A stretch of 64,000 nt of DNA from Guillardia theta CCMP2712. Its lineage: Eukaryota; Protista; Cryptophyta. The translations under genes were made by a program, and so were the position numbers. The stretch is taken from assembly GCF_000315625.1 (NCBI RefSeq), contig NW_005434622.1, forward strand, positions 62,001 to 126,000. The letters are read 5' to 3'. The first letter of the stretch is position 1; each line of letters opens with the position of its first letter. Below the pieces are notes generated by a model. It did no database searches. It was not told the DNA's origin and saw only the letters and a program-made list of their open reading frames with translations. Positions 24,828-38,793 of the stretch are shown here, piece by piece.

Positions 24828-27800
24828 ATGCCAGGAGGCATTCGTCCAAGCTCCGCGCTGCCTGCTCACAGGCAGAACGAGCTCGGACCAGCCCAGGATG
24901 TGCTGAAGGGGAGGAGACCTGTATCGGCAGGGTACAGGCAAAGCAATCATCTGTTCAACCTCACCCGACCAAAGTCAGCGGCTCCCAGCTTCTTCGGACA
25001 AGTTGTGTACGCTGAGGACGACGGCTTGAAGCCTCCTCGCTCCTCCAGCGGAGTCTTCGGCTCATGGCAGGGCAAGAAGTTTGTGTACGTCGAGCACCAA
25101 GGAGCAGAAAGGAGCTCGTTGGAAGGGATACAGAAGAACAGCTTGTTTGCTGTCAGTGAGGAAGGAAGTTTGAACGTGAAGGGGTTTCAACGGAGGACGA
25201 CGAGCCGTCTGAGCAAGACTGACCGGTCCTCTCTCCTCAAGAAGATCCGAGTGAACAACCTGGTAGGAGCAGAGCAGCAGCTCACGACAGGAAGCTCCAG
25301 CGCTTTCGTTCCTCGGCTGAGGCCGCGGTCAGCTGGAGGGAGCAACTTGCAGGGCATGGGAGAGGAGCGTGGGTACGATCCTCTCTCCTCCAGGTTGAAA
25401 TCCCCCCAGTCATCGCCGAGACGAGCGACCCCAAGGGATCGCCGAGCTCATCCTCGCAGCGGGCAGCTGCTGGCTGACCTGAACCTGGCGAGCATGGCGG
25501 AGTCGGACGTTGTGTACGAGCTGCTGATAGAGCCTGTCGGCACCTCCCTCAGCGTCGACGGAGAGTTTGTGCTTGCTCGGCTCGAGCAGGCGGGGAGGCG
25601 CCAAGTTTTGTGACGATTCCTTCCCTCCCACGGAAGTTTCTATCTTGGGGGAGGAGGGGAGCCAAGTGCAAGACGAGCAGGAGCAGGAGAGGAAGCAGCA
25701 GCTGGCGGATCAGATCCACGGGTGGTTTAGGCCAGAGGAGTTCGTTCCTGCTGACCAGAAGCCCATCCTCTTCGCAGCGAGCGGCGCCATGTCCAACGTG
25801 AAGCAGGGGATGCTCAAGAACTGTCACTTCCTCGGGGCTCTCTCAGTCATCGCCTGCCGGCCCGACATGGTGGAGCAGATCTTCGGGCCCCTGAAGCAGG
25901 TGGACCCCAACGTGTCCCACTCCTACCTGCTCGACCGAGGCATCATCACCGTCCAGCTGTACAAGGACTGCGCCTGGCACGACGTGACTGTAGACACTCG
26001 CATCCCTTGTGTCATCGACCCCAGCAGCGGAGGTTTCGTCCCTGCCTTCGGCCGCTGCGTGTCCCCTGCCCAGGTATGGGTCCAGCTGTTGGAGAAAGCC
26101 TACGCGAAGCTGCACGGCTCCTACGCGGCGATCGAGACGGGGAAGATAAGCGAGGCGCTGGCAGACCTGACGGGAGGAGTGACGGAGACCATCGACACCA
26201 AGGGGAGGGAGGGGCTGGAGCGAATCAAGACAGGAAGCCTGTGGCGGCAGCTGCAGGAGGCGAAGAGCGAGGGTAAGCAGCTGCTGTTGTCTCCCGCCTC
26301 CTCCTCCTCCACTGACAAGCTTGCAGGTCACCTCCTCGCGTGCTCCTTGTCCATTAGAAACGCTCAGCCTGAGGCCCAGGGCCCCTGCGGGCTGCTGGTG
26401 AACCACGGGTACGCCATCCTCGACGTGGAGACGATCCCGGACAACGGCTTCCGGCTCGTCAAGGTGCGAAACCCCTGGGGAACCAACAGCGGAGTATGGG
26501 ACGGAGACTGGGGAGAGGACAGCGCCCTGTGGTCCATCTACCCCGAAGTCTCGAAGCATCTCGGGAGGATGCAGGAGCCAGGAGTGTTCTGGATGTCGTA
26601 CGAAGACCTTGTCGATCGGTACGAGAAGACTGAAGCACGCTCGAGCTCCTCTGAACTTGTCCTGCAGGTTCAACAAGCTCTACATCTGCCGCGTCTTCCC
26701 CCTCAACTGGCACAACTTGTGCGTGAGAAGCGAGTGGACGCAGTCGACAGCAGGAGGAGGCGAATCGGACCCCACATGGTTTCTCAACCCTCAGTTCAGG
26801 TTGTGCGTCCCCAGCTCTTCTACCGTCGTCATCACAGTCGCTCAGTTCGACAGCAGAGTGCAAGGCAGAGAGCTAGAGCTGGTCCCTGCCGGCATCACGG
26901 TCCTCAAGGCGAAGAAGGGGTCGTTCCCGAGCCGGGTGTGGAGGGTGGAGGACGGGGTGGTGGTAGCGCAGCAGTACCCCGTGCGATCGAGAGACGTGTC
27001 ATTGACGGTGAAGTTGCATGCTGACACCTTATACTACGTCATCCCCTACACCAGCAGCACCACCAAGACCGCTCCCTTCACCCTCAGGCTCTACAGCAGC
27101 GGAGTCGTGGAGCTGCAGCGAGTACCCCCCCTTAGCAAGGTCAGTGTGCGAGGGCAGTGGACGGACAGGACGGGAGGAGGGCCCGTGGACTCTCCGACCT
27201 TCTTCAACAATCCGCAGTATGTGGTGAAGGTGGTGGAAGAGGAGAAACGACTTGAAGGAGCCTCGATGATTTCCTTTGCAAATCACGACGTCGAAGTGCT
27301 GTTGACAAAAGCCGAGGACAACCTTGAGGCGAGCTCCTCCTCCTCGTTGGACCTCGAAGACGAGGGGCGTCGCTCCCAGCAGCCTTGTACCGTTGGCTTG
27401 TCGGTGTTGCGAGGAGAGTCAAGAGTCATTGACTTTCCCGCCAAAGAGACCATGGTTCACTCGGGAATGGAGTATGGCAGAAAAGTTGCACGAGTGCAAA
27501 CAAAATGTCGGACAAGATCGTCTTTTATCGTTATACCATGGTGAATCTGCCCTCCTCCTCCTCCTCCTCCTCCTCCTCCTCCTCCTCCTCCTCCTCCTCC
27601 TCCTCCTCCTCCGCCTCAAGTTTCTTGTTCTCCTCTTCTGACTTTCTTGCTTTCCGCCCTACTGCTCCCCTCTCTCACCAAACTCACATGCTCATGGCAC
27701 GAACTTGAATGTTTTCGTCGCTTATCAGTCGACCCCCGCAGGACGACCACACCGAAAACCGACAGCTTCTTCACTCTCAACCTGTACAGGTTCTCTCTCT

Positions 27801-28728
27801 TGCTCCTCATTGAATCTTCGCTTTAAGCTCTCATCCTTCCCAACTGAAGCTGAGCTGACTATGTGCTCGCAGTGAAGGGCAGGTTCAGGTCGACAAGATC
27901 CCTGATGTTCGCCGCCTCTCCGTCATGGGCGAATGGCGAGGACAGTCGGCAGCTGGGTCACACCTGAACACGTCCTGGAGCAGCAACCCGCAATTCTTCC
28001 TCTTCGTGCCTCCCCCTGTCTCCACCAAGCCCAACGTGAAGGTGACTCTGAGGTGAGCTCCGCTCTTCCCTCGCCATCGTCACTGACTGCTTGCTTCAAG
28101 TTACCGCGGGAACTGGGAGGCGAAGAGAGCACGAGACCCCATCGGTTGCATGATCGGCATCTACGCTCTCCAGGTAGCTGCCGACGTCAATGACGAGTCA
28201 CCACTATCTTCTCTTCTCCCCCCCCCTCCTCCTCCTCCTCGCCTCCTCCACTCTCCTCCTCACCCTTCACTCCTCGTGTCTTTCAACTCACGGCTCTGTC
28301 AGTGCCCTCAGAGCTTCATCGACCGCGAGAGAGCCTTCCCCGGCCCAGGCATCAAGCGAGAGGCGCTCGACCGGCTGACCCTCGAGAGGTTTTGCTAGCC
28401 CACTTGTTGATCGCCCGACGCTGAATGATGGCAGACCTGATTACGAACGGCGACTAGTCGACACGGTCTTCGTCCCTAACGACTCGGTGGTCGTCAACTT
28501 GGACAAGATTCGGTGAGTTTCGCTCCAGCCTCCTGCTCTGCTGACACCGTTTGAACTCTCTAGACCATCGAACAGACCTTACCTCCTTCTTCCTACCACC
28601 TACTCCAACGGAAAGTCGGGCGGGTCAGTTTCAGCTGCTTGCTGCTGTTGTTGAATGACGCCGTCTACAGCTTCACTCTCGAAGTGATCGCAAACGTTGA
28701 GATCTTTCTGTTCGAAGCCAACCAATAA
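24828..28728 (+). CDS. Calpain-family cysteine protease (CysPc) followed by three domain-III (C2L/CBSW) repeats
   Basis: FCDDSFPP, QGMLKNCHFLGAL (Cys), LLEKAYAKLHGSY, DLTGG, NHGYAIL (His), VRNPWG (Asn). Three WxxxTAGG/NPQF-type repeats at ~26730, ~27150 and ~27925. Stop at 28728. Confidence 0.9.
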
Positions 28729-29313
28729 TTCTTGAACCTTTGGACAGCGCTGGTTTGACCGCATGACCTACTTTCATGATGGTGGTGCGAAAGCATGGAG
28801 AGTGCCCGGGCAGAGCGTTGGAGATCTTAAATGTAAATGTGCCATCGTAACTTACTTCTGTGACTTTAGTAAGAGTACAAATCCAAATCCTTCAACACGT
28901 CTTTGAGTTCGTGACCTTTTTTCATTTTGTACACGTGTTTATGAATCATTGAAGCGCTCTTGCCATTAACCAGACAACAACAATCCCCATTCCTCCATCG
29001 TCTTCCCATCCTCCCCTCTCTTGCACCTGACCATCCTTCTCTCCTCCCGCCATCGTCCCTCAAACATGCCTCAGCTCACCGCATGTTGGCAGGTGCAAGA
29101 GGTACGGATGTAGAGGGCGAGATCAGCGCTTACGTCTCTCAATAAAACAAAGTGTTTTAAATTGACCCAAGTCTTGTTTTGACCCTCTCCTACCTGTGCG
29201 ATTTCTTAATTCCATCTCTAATCAAAATCGACCAACACCTTTTGCCTCCCTCCTCATTACCCCCCACCCACCACCCTCTGCTCTTCGACTTCTTCGACTT
29301 GCGACCAGCGGAA

Positions 29314-29994
29314 ATGCAGGCTGACAGCATGACCGCGAGCATGGTGAAGCCGGAAGCAGGGGAGATGAAGCCGGAAGCAGGGGAGACGAGCACAGGGAGC
29401 GCGAGAGCCAGCGCAAGCATGGCGATGGTTTGCCCCAGGAAAAGAAAAGACTGCACAGAACGATGGGATGAACCCGTCCTCCTCACTCGCGAGCTCCTAG
29501 AGAGCTACTTCGACTGGCCCTTGGCCGCGGTGTCGAAAGATTTGGGCATCTGCCAGACATCGATCAAGAAGGCTTGTAGGAAGCTTGGAATAGCGAAGTG
29601 GCCCTTCAAGTCACCGAATCCAGGGCCGAAGAGGAAACATACTAGAGTGAGCTGCAATGCTCAAGCAACATGTTCGTTTCAACCTGTGAAGATTGAGGAT
29701 GAGGAGCATCTACAGTTTGTCGAGTCGAGTATTTTTACTCAGGATGAACATGAACAAGCAGGACATGATGAGTTCTATGCCTTGGACAAGTATTGTGCAA
29801 GACCGCTATTGCAGCAGACTGAGGCAGTTCCTCTCACACTCCTACTACCACAAGCCCCCGGTGAACTCACGCAGCACAGCTCAGGTGGGTGGATGAACGA
29901 CATGGAGCCTGAAAACTGCTGGAAACCCATCGATAATGAAACTGAAGCAATCGTTTCCTTGGGAGAGCTGTTGTTTGTTAGCTCCGGCTTTTGA
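29314..29994 (+). CDS. RWP-RK transcription factor (intronless)
   Basis: LTRELLESYFDWPLAAVSKDLGICQTSIKKACRKLGIAKWPFK. Confidence 0.92.
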   Translation: MQADSMTASMVKPEAGEMKPEAGETSTGSARASASMAMVCPRKRKDCTERWDEPVLLTRELLESYFDWPLAAVSKDLGICQTSIKKACRKLGIAKWPFKSPNPGPKRKHTRVSCNAQATCSFQPVKIEDEEHLQFVESSIFTQDEHEQAGHDEFYALDKYCARPLLQQTEAVPLTLLLPQAPGELTQHSSGGWMNDMEPENCWKPIDNETEAIVSLGELLFVSSGF

Positions 29995-30304
29995 CCATGT
30001 TACACTGATCACACCTAGCATTTTCTGTGATATCTGAAATGCAAACTTTGAGAAGTGGATTCTACAACCTTTGAAATACACGACAAGGAGCTGAAACAAT
30101 ATAACTGGTTTCGAATAAACAAAAAGCATCATGCCTTTCGCTCTGCGCAGTCCACCAAGTGACATGCACTCAAGTCAAATTTGTCAACTGCCAGGTTTAC
30201 TGAGAACACTTGAAAAGTGTATTGTTTGTACATTCAAGCAGCACGAGCTGCACATTGGATAGAAAGCAAATAACTATGTGATAAAGTATGATGAAACCTT
30301 TGAC

Positions 30305-30877
30305 CTACTTCAACTGTACATACGCCACTGGAGATGGTAGATGACAGTAGACTATCTCCCAAAATTTCAGCTCCTCCTGATCATCCTCCACTTCCGTAAT
30401 TAGCTCCACGTCAATCTTCTTCCATGAGTTCTTAGCGTCCACCGATGCAACCTTGTTGGTGCTTTTCTTCTGAACCACGACCTCTGCCTTAGTGACAGGC
30501 TCACGTACAGGCTTAGGAGATTCTGCTGAACGAGACGTGACGCTGTTCATTTTTGCGGTCAAAATGATCGGGTGCTTTCGCTTCGGCCCTGGATTCGGTG
30601 ACTTGAAGGGCCACTTCGCTATTCCAAGCTTCCTACAAGCCTTCTTGATCGACGTAGGGCAGATGCCCAACTCTTTCGACACAGAGGCCAGGGAACAATT
30701 GAAGTAGCTCTCAAGGAGCTCGCGAGTGAGGATGACGGGTTCCTCTCCGTCAGGATCTTCAACCCCTTCCATCTTTTTCCGTCGTGGGCAGACCAAGGCT
30801 GTCGGAGCCTGGTCGTCCGAGTTTGACGCTGTTGCCTCACAACTTGCTTGAACGGTGTACTCGAGTTGGTGTGCCAT
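30305..30877 (-). CDS. RWP-RK transcription factor (intronless), paralog of its neighbour
   Basis: LTRELLESYFNCSLASVSKELGICPTSIKKACRKLGIAKWPFK. Confidence 0.92.
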   Translation of the reverse strand: MAHQLEYTVQASCEATASNSDDQAPTALVCPRRKKMEGVEDPDGEEPVILTRELLESYFNCSLASVSKELGICPTSIKKACRKLGIAKWPFKSPNPGPKRKHPIILTAKMNSVTSRSAESPKPVREPVTKAEVVVQKKSTNKVASVDAKNSWKKIDVELITEVEDDQEELKFWEIVYCHLPSPVAYVQLK

Positions 30878-31910
30878 TATGAATGGAAGAGTGCTGAGCT
30901 CTGACGATGGCTGTGCTGAGCACCGAAGTCCAAGGAAACTCTAGTGGGCTATGAGAGGACGCCCCTGACCGTGCTGTTGCGAGGGTGGGAAGTGAGCGTA
31001 GATAACCAGTGTGATGCCTTGGTGGATGGATAAAGGCCTTCCCCGATCTCAAAAGTACCCACCCCCTCTACTTCCACACCCCAATGTTCATGTACCCCTT
31101 CATTGGCTTTTGTAATGGGGGGTCATAGTACAGATAGAGGCCTCTACCCCCATTTTAACCCTCTAGTTGACTCCGCACCGTAAAAATATTTAAAAAATGA
31201 AAGCCAATCTTTTACCGCCCGCTACTCGATGATCCGTTGAGTATGTGGCCTTTAATAATATATCTACAAACAGTCCGAAGCGAAACAAAGACTTTTCAAA
31301 ATTACACAGATCCCGGAGCGAAACGTTTTCATTTTTAGTAATTTCGGAGAGTATAAAACTGTCGGAGAGTATTAAAAAGCGAAACGTTGTTCTATTCGAG
31401 TCGCTTTCTGCTGTCGTTCCGAGACTCCGATCGATGAATCATTGCTGCTCCGATCCGTCGGAGTCTCGGAGGAGAAACCCTTCTAGTACCCGTCAAAAAT
31501 CATGTATGACGAACCAGTAGTGCGACCCGTATACAAGGAGTTTTTAAAGGGGACGAGGCCGTATCCTGCCGGGCGCTGACCTCGGACCCATGAGATATAG
31601 GAGCAGTTCCGGTAAAGAGGTAGGGTAGTGTTGGAAGACCGGAGGCTCCGTGGTTATTTCGGTTACTTATAATGCCCCTTGGTTCCTAGTCTTTCCCGTC
31701 ACTCGGAGTGGAAACCCGGCCCGAGGACCGGGGCCCGTGTGATTGAAAATGTGATTTCAAACCAAGGAAGGCGTGTAGAGGCAGGTGTTTCTTTGAACGA
31801 GTAGCGAGATACACAACAGGCAAGGATGTGAAGTGACCGAGCTCGATTACTGACAGCTGCTTGAGTAGGTTGGACAACCTCCTTCCACTCAAACTTCTCC
31901 CTGTCGCCTC

Positions 31911-32814
31911 ATGGCGTCAAGCTCTCTGCTTCTTTCACTCCTTGTCGCCCTCCCCCTCTTCCCTCCTCTCGTCCCTGTGGAGTGCTCGATGCAGGTCCTG
32001 CTGCGCCAGGGCATTGGTTGCTATCTGATGCTGTTACTATCGAGCTGCAGGTTTTCACAGCACTCTATCAGAATTTCTCCAACATCCCAACCAGAACATG
32101 GCCTATGGCACAGTTGAGCGTGAAAGACCTGGGGCACGTAGCGTCTGTTCAGGTTTGTACCTGCCTCGTCCACCTGCTGGTTACTGCCACATCAGGAGTG
32201 CGAGGCAGCTTTCCGAAACTACAGTGAATTCCATCCCATGTGGTAACCTTGTGACCTGTACAACCCGCTGTACGCTGAAGTCTCCTCCAGGTATTCAGAC
32301 GGAGGCATTCAGGCAAGCGAGCTTTCTTTCACCAGCCGCTGATGCGCTTACCCTGTCCCAGTGCCGATCCTTCACATTCTTTGCTGCTCAGTCGGCAGAT
32401 GTGAAAAGCTCTCGATGGGTACAGAGCATGTGACCTTACCATCCAATGATTCTCGTCGGTCAGGCTGGCAAGTGCTTCGCCAACACAGATGAGAAATGGG
32501 AGAGGAAGGAGGAGGTGCCTGTCAAAGATTTCCTCGAGATTCAACTGCTGACTATGATGGGGAAATGAAGGAGAATGCAGTCACCGGGAGAGTCTGCATG
32601 ATCGATGAAAGAGTCAGTGAAGGCCTGCATGCTGAATCCTCCTCCTCACCCTCCTCCTGCCCAGGTCTTACAAGATTGCTTGTTACCTGGATACACCGTT
32701 GATGGGTCCATGTCGTGTTCGGTCGACACTTCCCCATCTCAACATCCTGTTGTTCTGATACCTCTGAGCAGGCGCGTCTACCGCAGGTTTGAACCTTGCG
32801 AGGTTGATTGTTAA
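31911..32814 (+). CDS. Small secreted Cys-rich protein, PAN/apple-like
   Basis: Signal peptide MASSSLLLSLLVALPLF. Spliced ECEAAF...CRSFTFFAAQ|AGKCF...ENAVTGRVC...FEPCEVDC*. Many ~50-nt introns. Confidence 0.55.
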
Positions 32815-33336
32815 GGCACTGCCATCCATAATGGCGTTCTTTCAAATACAACACAAGAGAGAAAAATTGAACTTGAGGACAGGAGGACTGAGTTGTTCGA
32901 TAGGCTGGTCTGAATCTGTTGCAACAAACAGCAGGAGATCTCAGATTGTTGTGTTTCTGACTGAAAGTTAATCAGACATCCAAACAAAACTGCACGCACC
33001 AGCCCACGTGCAGGATAAGTATCTCATCCTTGACACACCAATGGAAATCACCCGAAATCGCTCGTCACACAGACGGGGAGTTTTTGGATACATGATGTAG
33101 CAAAGTGTATAGAGTAGAAGAGGAGACCCGTGCTAGCTCCCCAACCTGATGGTGGACATGTCAAGAAACGACGTCATGAAGGGCAATATGGCGTATGAAG
33201 AAGACAGTTAGAACGTACAGATGAAAGATAACGCAAGGCCAGGATGTACGGATGAAGGTGTTTTGGGTCAGTAGGGAGCACCAAGGTCCGGTAGGAAGCA
33301 AAAACGTTCTTAACAACAGTCTATTAAACTTTCGTG

Positions 33337-35056
<1,720 letters not shown>

Positions 35057-35149
35057 GAGGCTTACCCGGGGATCATGGTTGAGTCGCCCTTGCTCGTGCT
35101 CCCTTCTCCGCTGTCATCCCCTCCCATCATCGAGCCAACGGATCGCTCA

Positions 35150-35760
35150 GGGTAGGCCCAGTGGGTCACGCCGGGACGGCCGTGAGGCGCGGCCCGGGCC
35201 GGGTCCGAGTCCGATCTCGTCGGGCCCCCAAACTTAACTGATGACTAGGCCTTCACTTAACTGCGGCGCGCAGCCGCGGCCTCCCGGGCGAGAGACGACG
35301 GTCCTGGCACCGTCACGGCGGAGGCCCGGCCCGCCGGGCCCGCCGGGCCCCGGCGCGGCCGCGGTGCCTGAGGCGCGGCCGGGCGGCGGCGGCGCGAGCG
35401 GACTCCTCAGGGATCGGATCCCGGAGGCCCGGCCGGCGGCCCGGCGCGCGCCGCGCTTTCTAGTCACCATCTGAGAACTTTGCCACTGTCACAGTAAGTC
35501 CTGAACGGACAGATGCCCCGGCATGATCGCCGGGTCCGATCTTTTTACTCACTGAAAGTTAAGTTAAAAATCAGTACTAGGACAATCAGGAGAGTCGAGG
35601 AGGCTTGACCGTGCCTGACACGCAGTGTCGTGACAGGCCAAACGGCGAGAAGAGCCTAAGACAGCGAGAACCAAAATTGAAACTTTCAAACCTATTCCCT
35701 GTGGCAACTGCTGTCCCCCAAACTTAGTACTCGTAACTGATCCGTGATCATCGGATGCCA
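35150..35760. repeat. Dispersed modular repeat, copy C
   Basis: CCCCCAAACTTAACTGAT 35225, CCTTCACTTAACTGCG 35250, AAAGTTAAGTTAAAAATCAGTA 35555 and ACTGCTGTCCCCCAAACTTA 35707, with an extremely GC-rich CCGG arm. Confidence 0.75.
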
Positions 35761-35820
35761 TGATGTTCTCAGTCCTCAGCCCGGTCGCGACCGTCCGAGG
35801 CTGCGGCATGACCGGGCGAC

Positions 35821-36876
35821 TAGGGGTTTTATGGATGTCCTTCTGAATAGCGTAGCGTAGTGTGCCCACTTTAGTTAACCTGGAGAAAGGGGTTAAGATC
35901 TAGGTTAAATCCATAGGTGACCCCAGTTCAAGACTCCAGTTATCAATTTGTACCACAACCCACTCTTTTTTTGAACTGTTAGAAATTTGTTCCACCAATG
36001 CATTCAAGTTCATGAGGTAGACATGCAATGAGGACAGAATGAAGATCGGATGCGCATGCAAAGGTCATGCTGCACTTGTATGAGGTTCCAGCATCACGTA
36101 TATTGCATGATTCTCTCATGTGGTATGCCTGATGCAGTCATGCAGAACATCAACAACATGAAACGGTAGTCTTTTATTGCATGAACTTCGTCACTTCCAG
36201 CGAATGTTCTCGATGTCTGGGTCTTCCATTTAGGATTTGCGGTTCCAATGCACGCTTTCAAGGAGCAATTCACTGGAATCTGCATAGCTTGACACACTGA
36301 TTCTCAGAAAGTAGCGACGTTTGCCCGTTGCAATTTCCGCTTTACCTCTGCTTTTTCTTTAACCTATGTATGTTACTGTGAAAACGTTCTGTATGTGGCC
36401 ATATGTTCAAGTAAACGATGTCATTCAGAATATCAGAGCCATTGTCCTCATTGAGCACACAACAGGGAAGCAGTCATCATCAAAATATTGCTGTTTCATT
36501 GACGTTCAACGAGCGACGAGAACCGATTATAAAGAGTCAGGGTACGCTGCTTGCATACTTGCACGAGTCTATTCTGACAGGATGGGTGTTGACGTCATGT
36601 TGTCAGTCAGATGGGGAGGCCAAGGTACACGACAAGGAGGTCGGGCGAGCATGCTCACGCCATGTTAACGCGGTGTGGAACGCCCTGTCTGGGGGCGGGT
36701 CGTCGGCTTTTACCGAGATGTCGAAACGTTGCGATTTAGCTATTCAAACGCTATTCAGGCCCTGAATAGTGACATAGGAGACTATTCAAACCCTGAATAG
36801 TGTCTGAATTCAGAGCCAAGTTAAGTAAAACTTTAGTACCTACGCTACGCAATTCAGCGCTTCCATAAAACCCCTA
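35821..36876. mobile_element. Putative non-autonomous or decayed TIR DNA transposon, ~1.05 kb
   Basis: Left end TAGGGGGTTTATGGA..CTGAATAGCGTAGCGTAG and right end CTACGCTACGCAATTCAG..TCCATAAAACCCCTA form an imperfect ~40-bp inverted repeat. Subterminal CTATTCA/TGAATAG repeats lie at 36740-36812. Confidence 0.6.
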
Positions 36877-37090
36877 CTCATTCGGATGTCGGCGCTTACC
36901 GTACGTCACTACTACTACCTTAAGGCTGAGTACCGGCCCATAGCCAATGGTCTGGAAGGGTGCTCTGTGGGGTACTGTCATGATCACTGTAGTGATGGAG
37001 GGGTCCTTTGCCAGGTGACCAGCCTCAGTGGGTTCCCCTGTATGCAAGAGCACAATGAGACGATGAGCATGCGGTGTCGGCACCTCAGTG

Positions 37091-38348
37091 ATGCAGCATG
37101 CGAGCATAAGTGGGTAAGGAGTTGGAGAGGATCAAGGCTGATGTGTTCTCTCAATGATTTCACAACTTCATTGACTTTACATAGTTTTGATTTTCTGTCC
37201 ATTCTGAACAAGCTTGCCGCAGGGGAGCGTGTTCGTTGATTGTTTTTTCGATTGCCTTCGTCTTCCTCGCGGTTCAAGTGTTCTCGTCCGGGAATCCGTT
37301 AAGGTCGCTTCAGAGTGATGTCAGCATCTGGGAAAGAGAGTACTCTGGCTTCAACTTCAGCCAGGTTCTCTTACATGTTCGTAACAAGGCTTCGAGCTTT
37401 ATGTTCGTGCCTTTCGTCCCACCTGACAGTCAATCGCCTGTCAAGAATTCCTCTTGGATGCCGCTCAATCGGTCAAGAAACAATGTGAGTGAAATAGATG
37501 TAAACCATACACATCTCATCTTCAACCGATCCCTGGTTCAACCCCGCACCAATTCCTCGAAGGGCAACACCAGCATTGCATCCTTGAAAGAGATCAACAA
37601 AACCCGCACGGCCCTTCAAAACGTCTCTCAGAACATGACAGCCAGGTCAAATTATTTCAGAGGACCCTCGTTCAAGAGAGCTGCTGCAAACAACAAGGCA
37701 AATATCCAACGCGGAGAGAAGAAACCCTCCAAGTGCCCGTATGTGCTCGTGAACTCCCAAGGAGGGGTAGGCTCTAGCTCGTTCATGGAACTGCTTCAAA
37801 GATCGCACCTTCCCATGAACTCCCCTGGGGACGCTGATGGTTTCAAGCACAAGAACGCCTATCAGTTCAAGCACGACCGCCAAGGAATACAGCTGGGTGG
37901 GCTAGGATGTGCCAAGAAAGCCATGGTGATCCTGGGAGACCCGTTGCACTCCATAGAGAGTGTGCATCGACGATTCCAAGTGGCGCATATCAACAAGTGG
38001 CGCCAAAACTCCAAGAGACGCCCATATGGCGGACGCACAGGACTTGCTGACATCTGGAAAGAGATCAGCAACGCAAAGCAAGACACTACGGGACTAACAG
38101 ACTACGTCAATAGCTGGTTGGTAGCTGGAAATGAGAACAATTGGCCAGAGCTGCGCATTGTCAACACCAAGACGTTATACAAGAATGCGACGGAGCTCGC
38201 CAAGTATTTGGGAGTGAGGGAGCAAGACCTGAAATCCTTCAAGCAGCTCGATTACAAGCCACGTGCCTTCAAGAGCTCCGCTCCTCCTGCTGTGCAGTCC
38301 ATCTTCGAACCCATCAAGTCCAAGATAGATCACTTGAAAGCTCCCTAG
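37091..38348 (+). CDS. Type II membrane sulfotransferase-like (P-loop fold) protein
   Basis: Exon 1 MQHASISG splices (GTAAG..CAG) to GACSLIVFSIAFVFLAVQV (TM). An N-glycosylation-rich stem follows, then YVLVNSQGGVGSSSFMELL (5'-PSB-like) and MVILGDPLHSIES (3'-PB-like). Confidence 0.6.
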
Positions 38349-38519
38349 CCGCATGCCCCCGATCATGCCAACTCCCTAGGTCTTCAGTTATTCGGGGATG
38401 TCGCTAATGTGATTGATACGACGATCGGATTGATACCGCGCACAGCGGCAAGTTTGGCGATCACTGATCGGATCGGATTGCAAATCGGCCACTAGATCGG
38501 ACCAGCGCGTCACCAGCCT

Positions 38520-38750
38520 CTCGCTTGGCAGGACAGCTCAGTTGAACTGACTCAGCGGGCCGCGCACGGCCTGACACGGCCGCCGCCCGGGCCGGGCCCG
38601 GCGGGTGACTCGGACCGTCGCATCATCAAGTTATCCTGCCCGAATCTTGATCTTTACTCAAAGTTAAGTTAAAAAACAGTAGAAGAGAAAAGACAGTGAG
38701 AATCAACTCTTATACGGCCCACTGCTGTCCCCCAAACTTAACTGATACCG
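38520..38750. repeat. Dispersed modular repeat, copy D
   Basis: GC arm, then GATCTTTACTCAAAGTTAAGTTAAAAAACAGTA (38649) and ACTGCTGTCCCCCAAACTTAACTGATA (38721). Confidence 0.75.
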
Positions 38751-38793
38751 CCCGAATTCAGGGAGGTCCTAAAGCCGGACTCGATGGCAGAGC

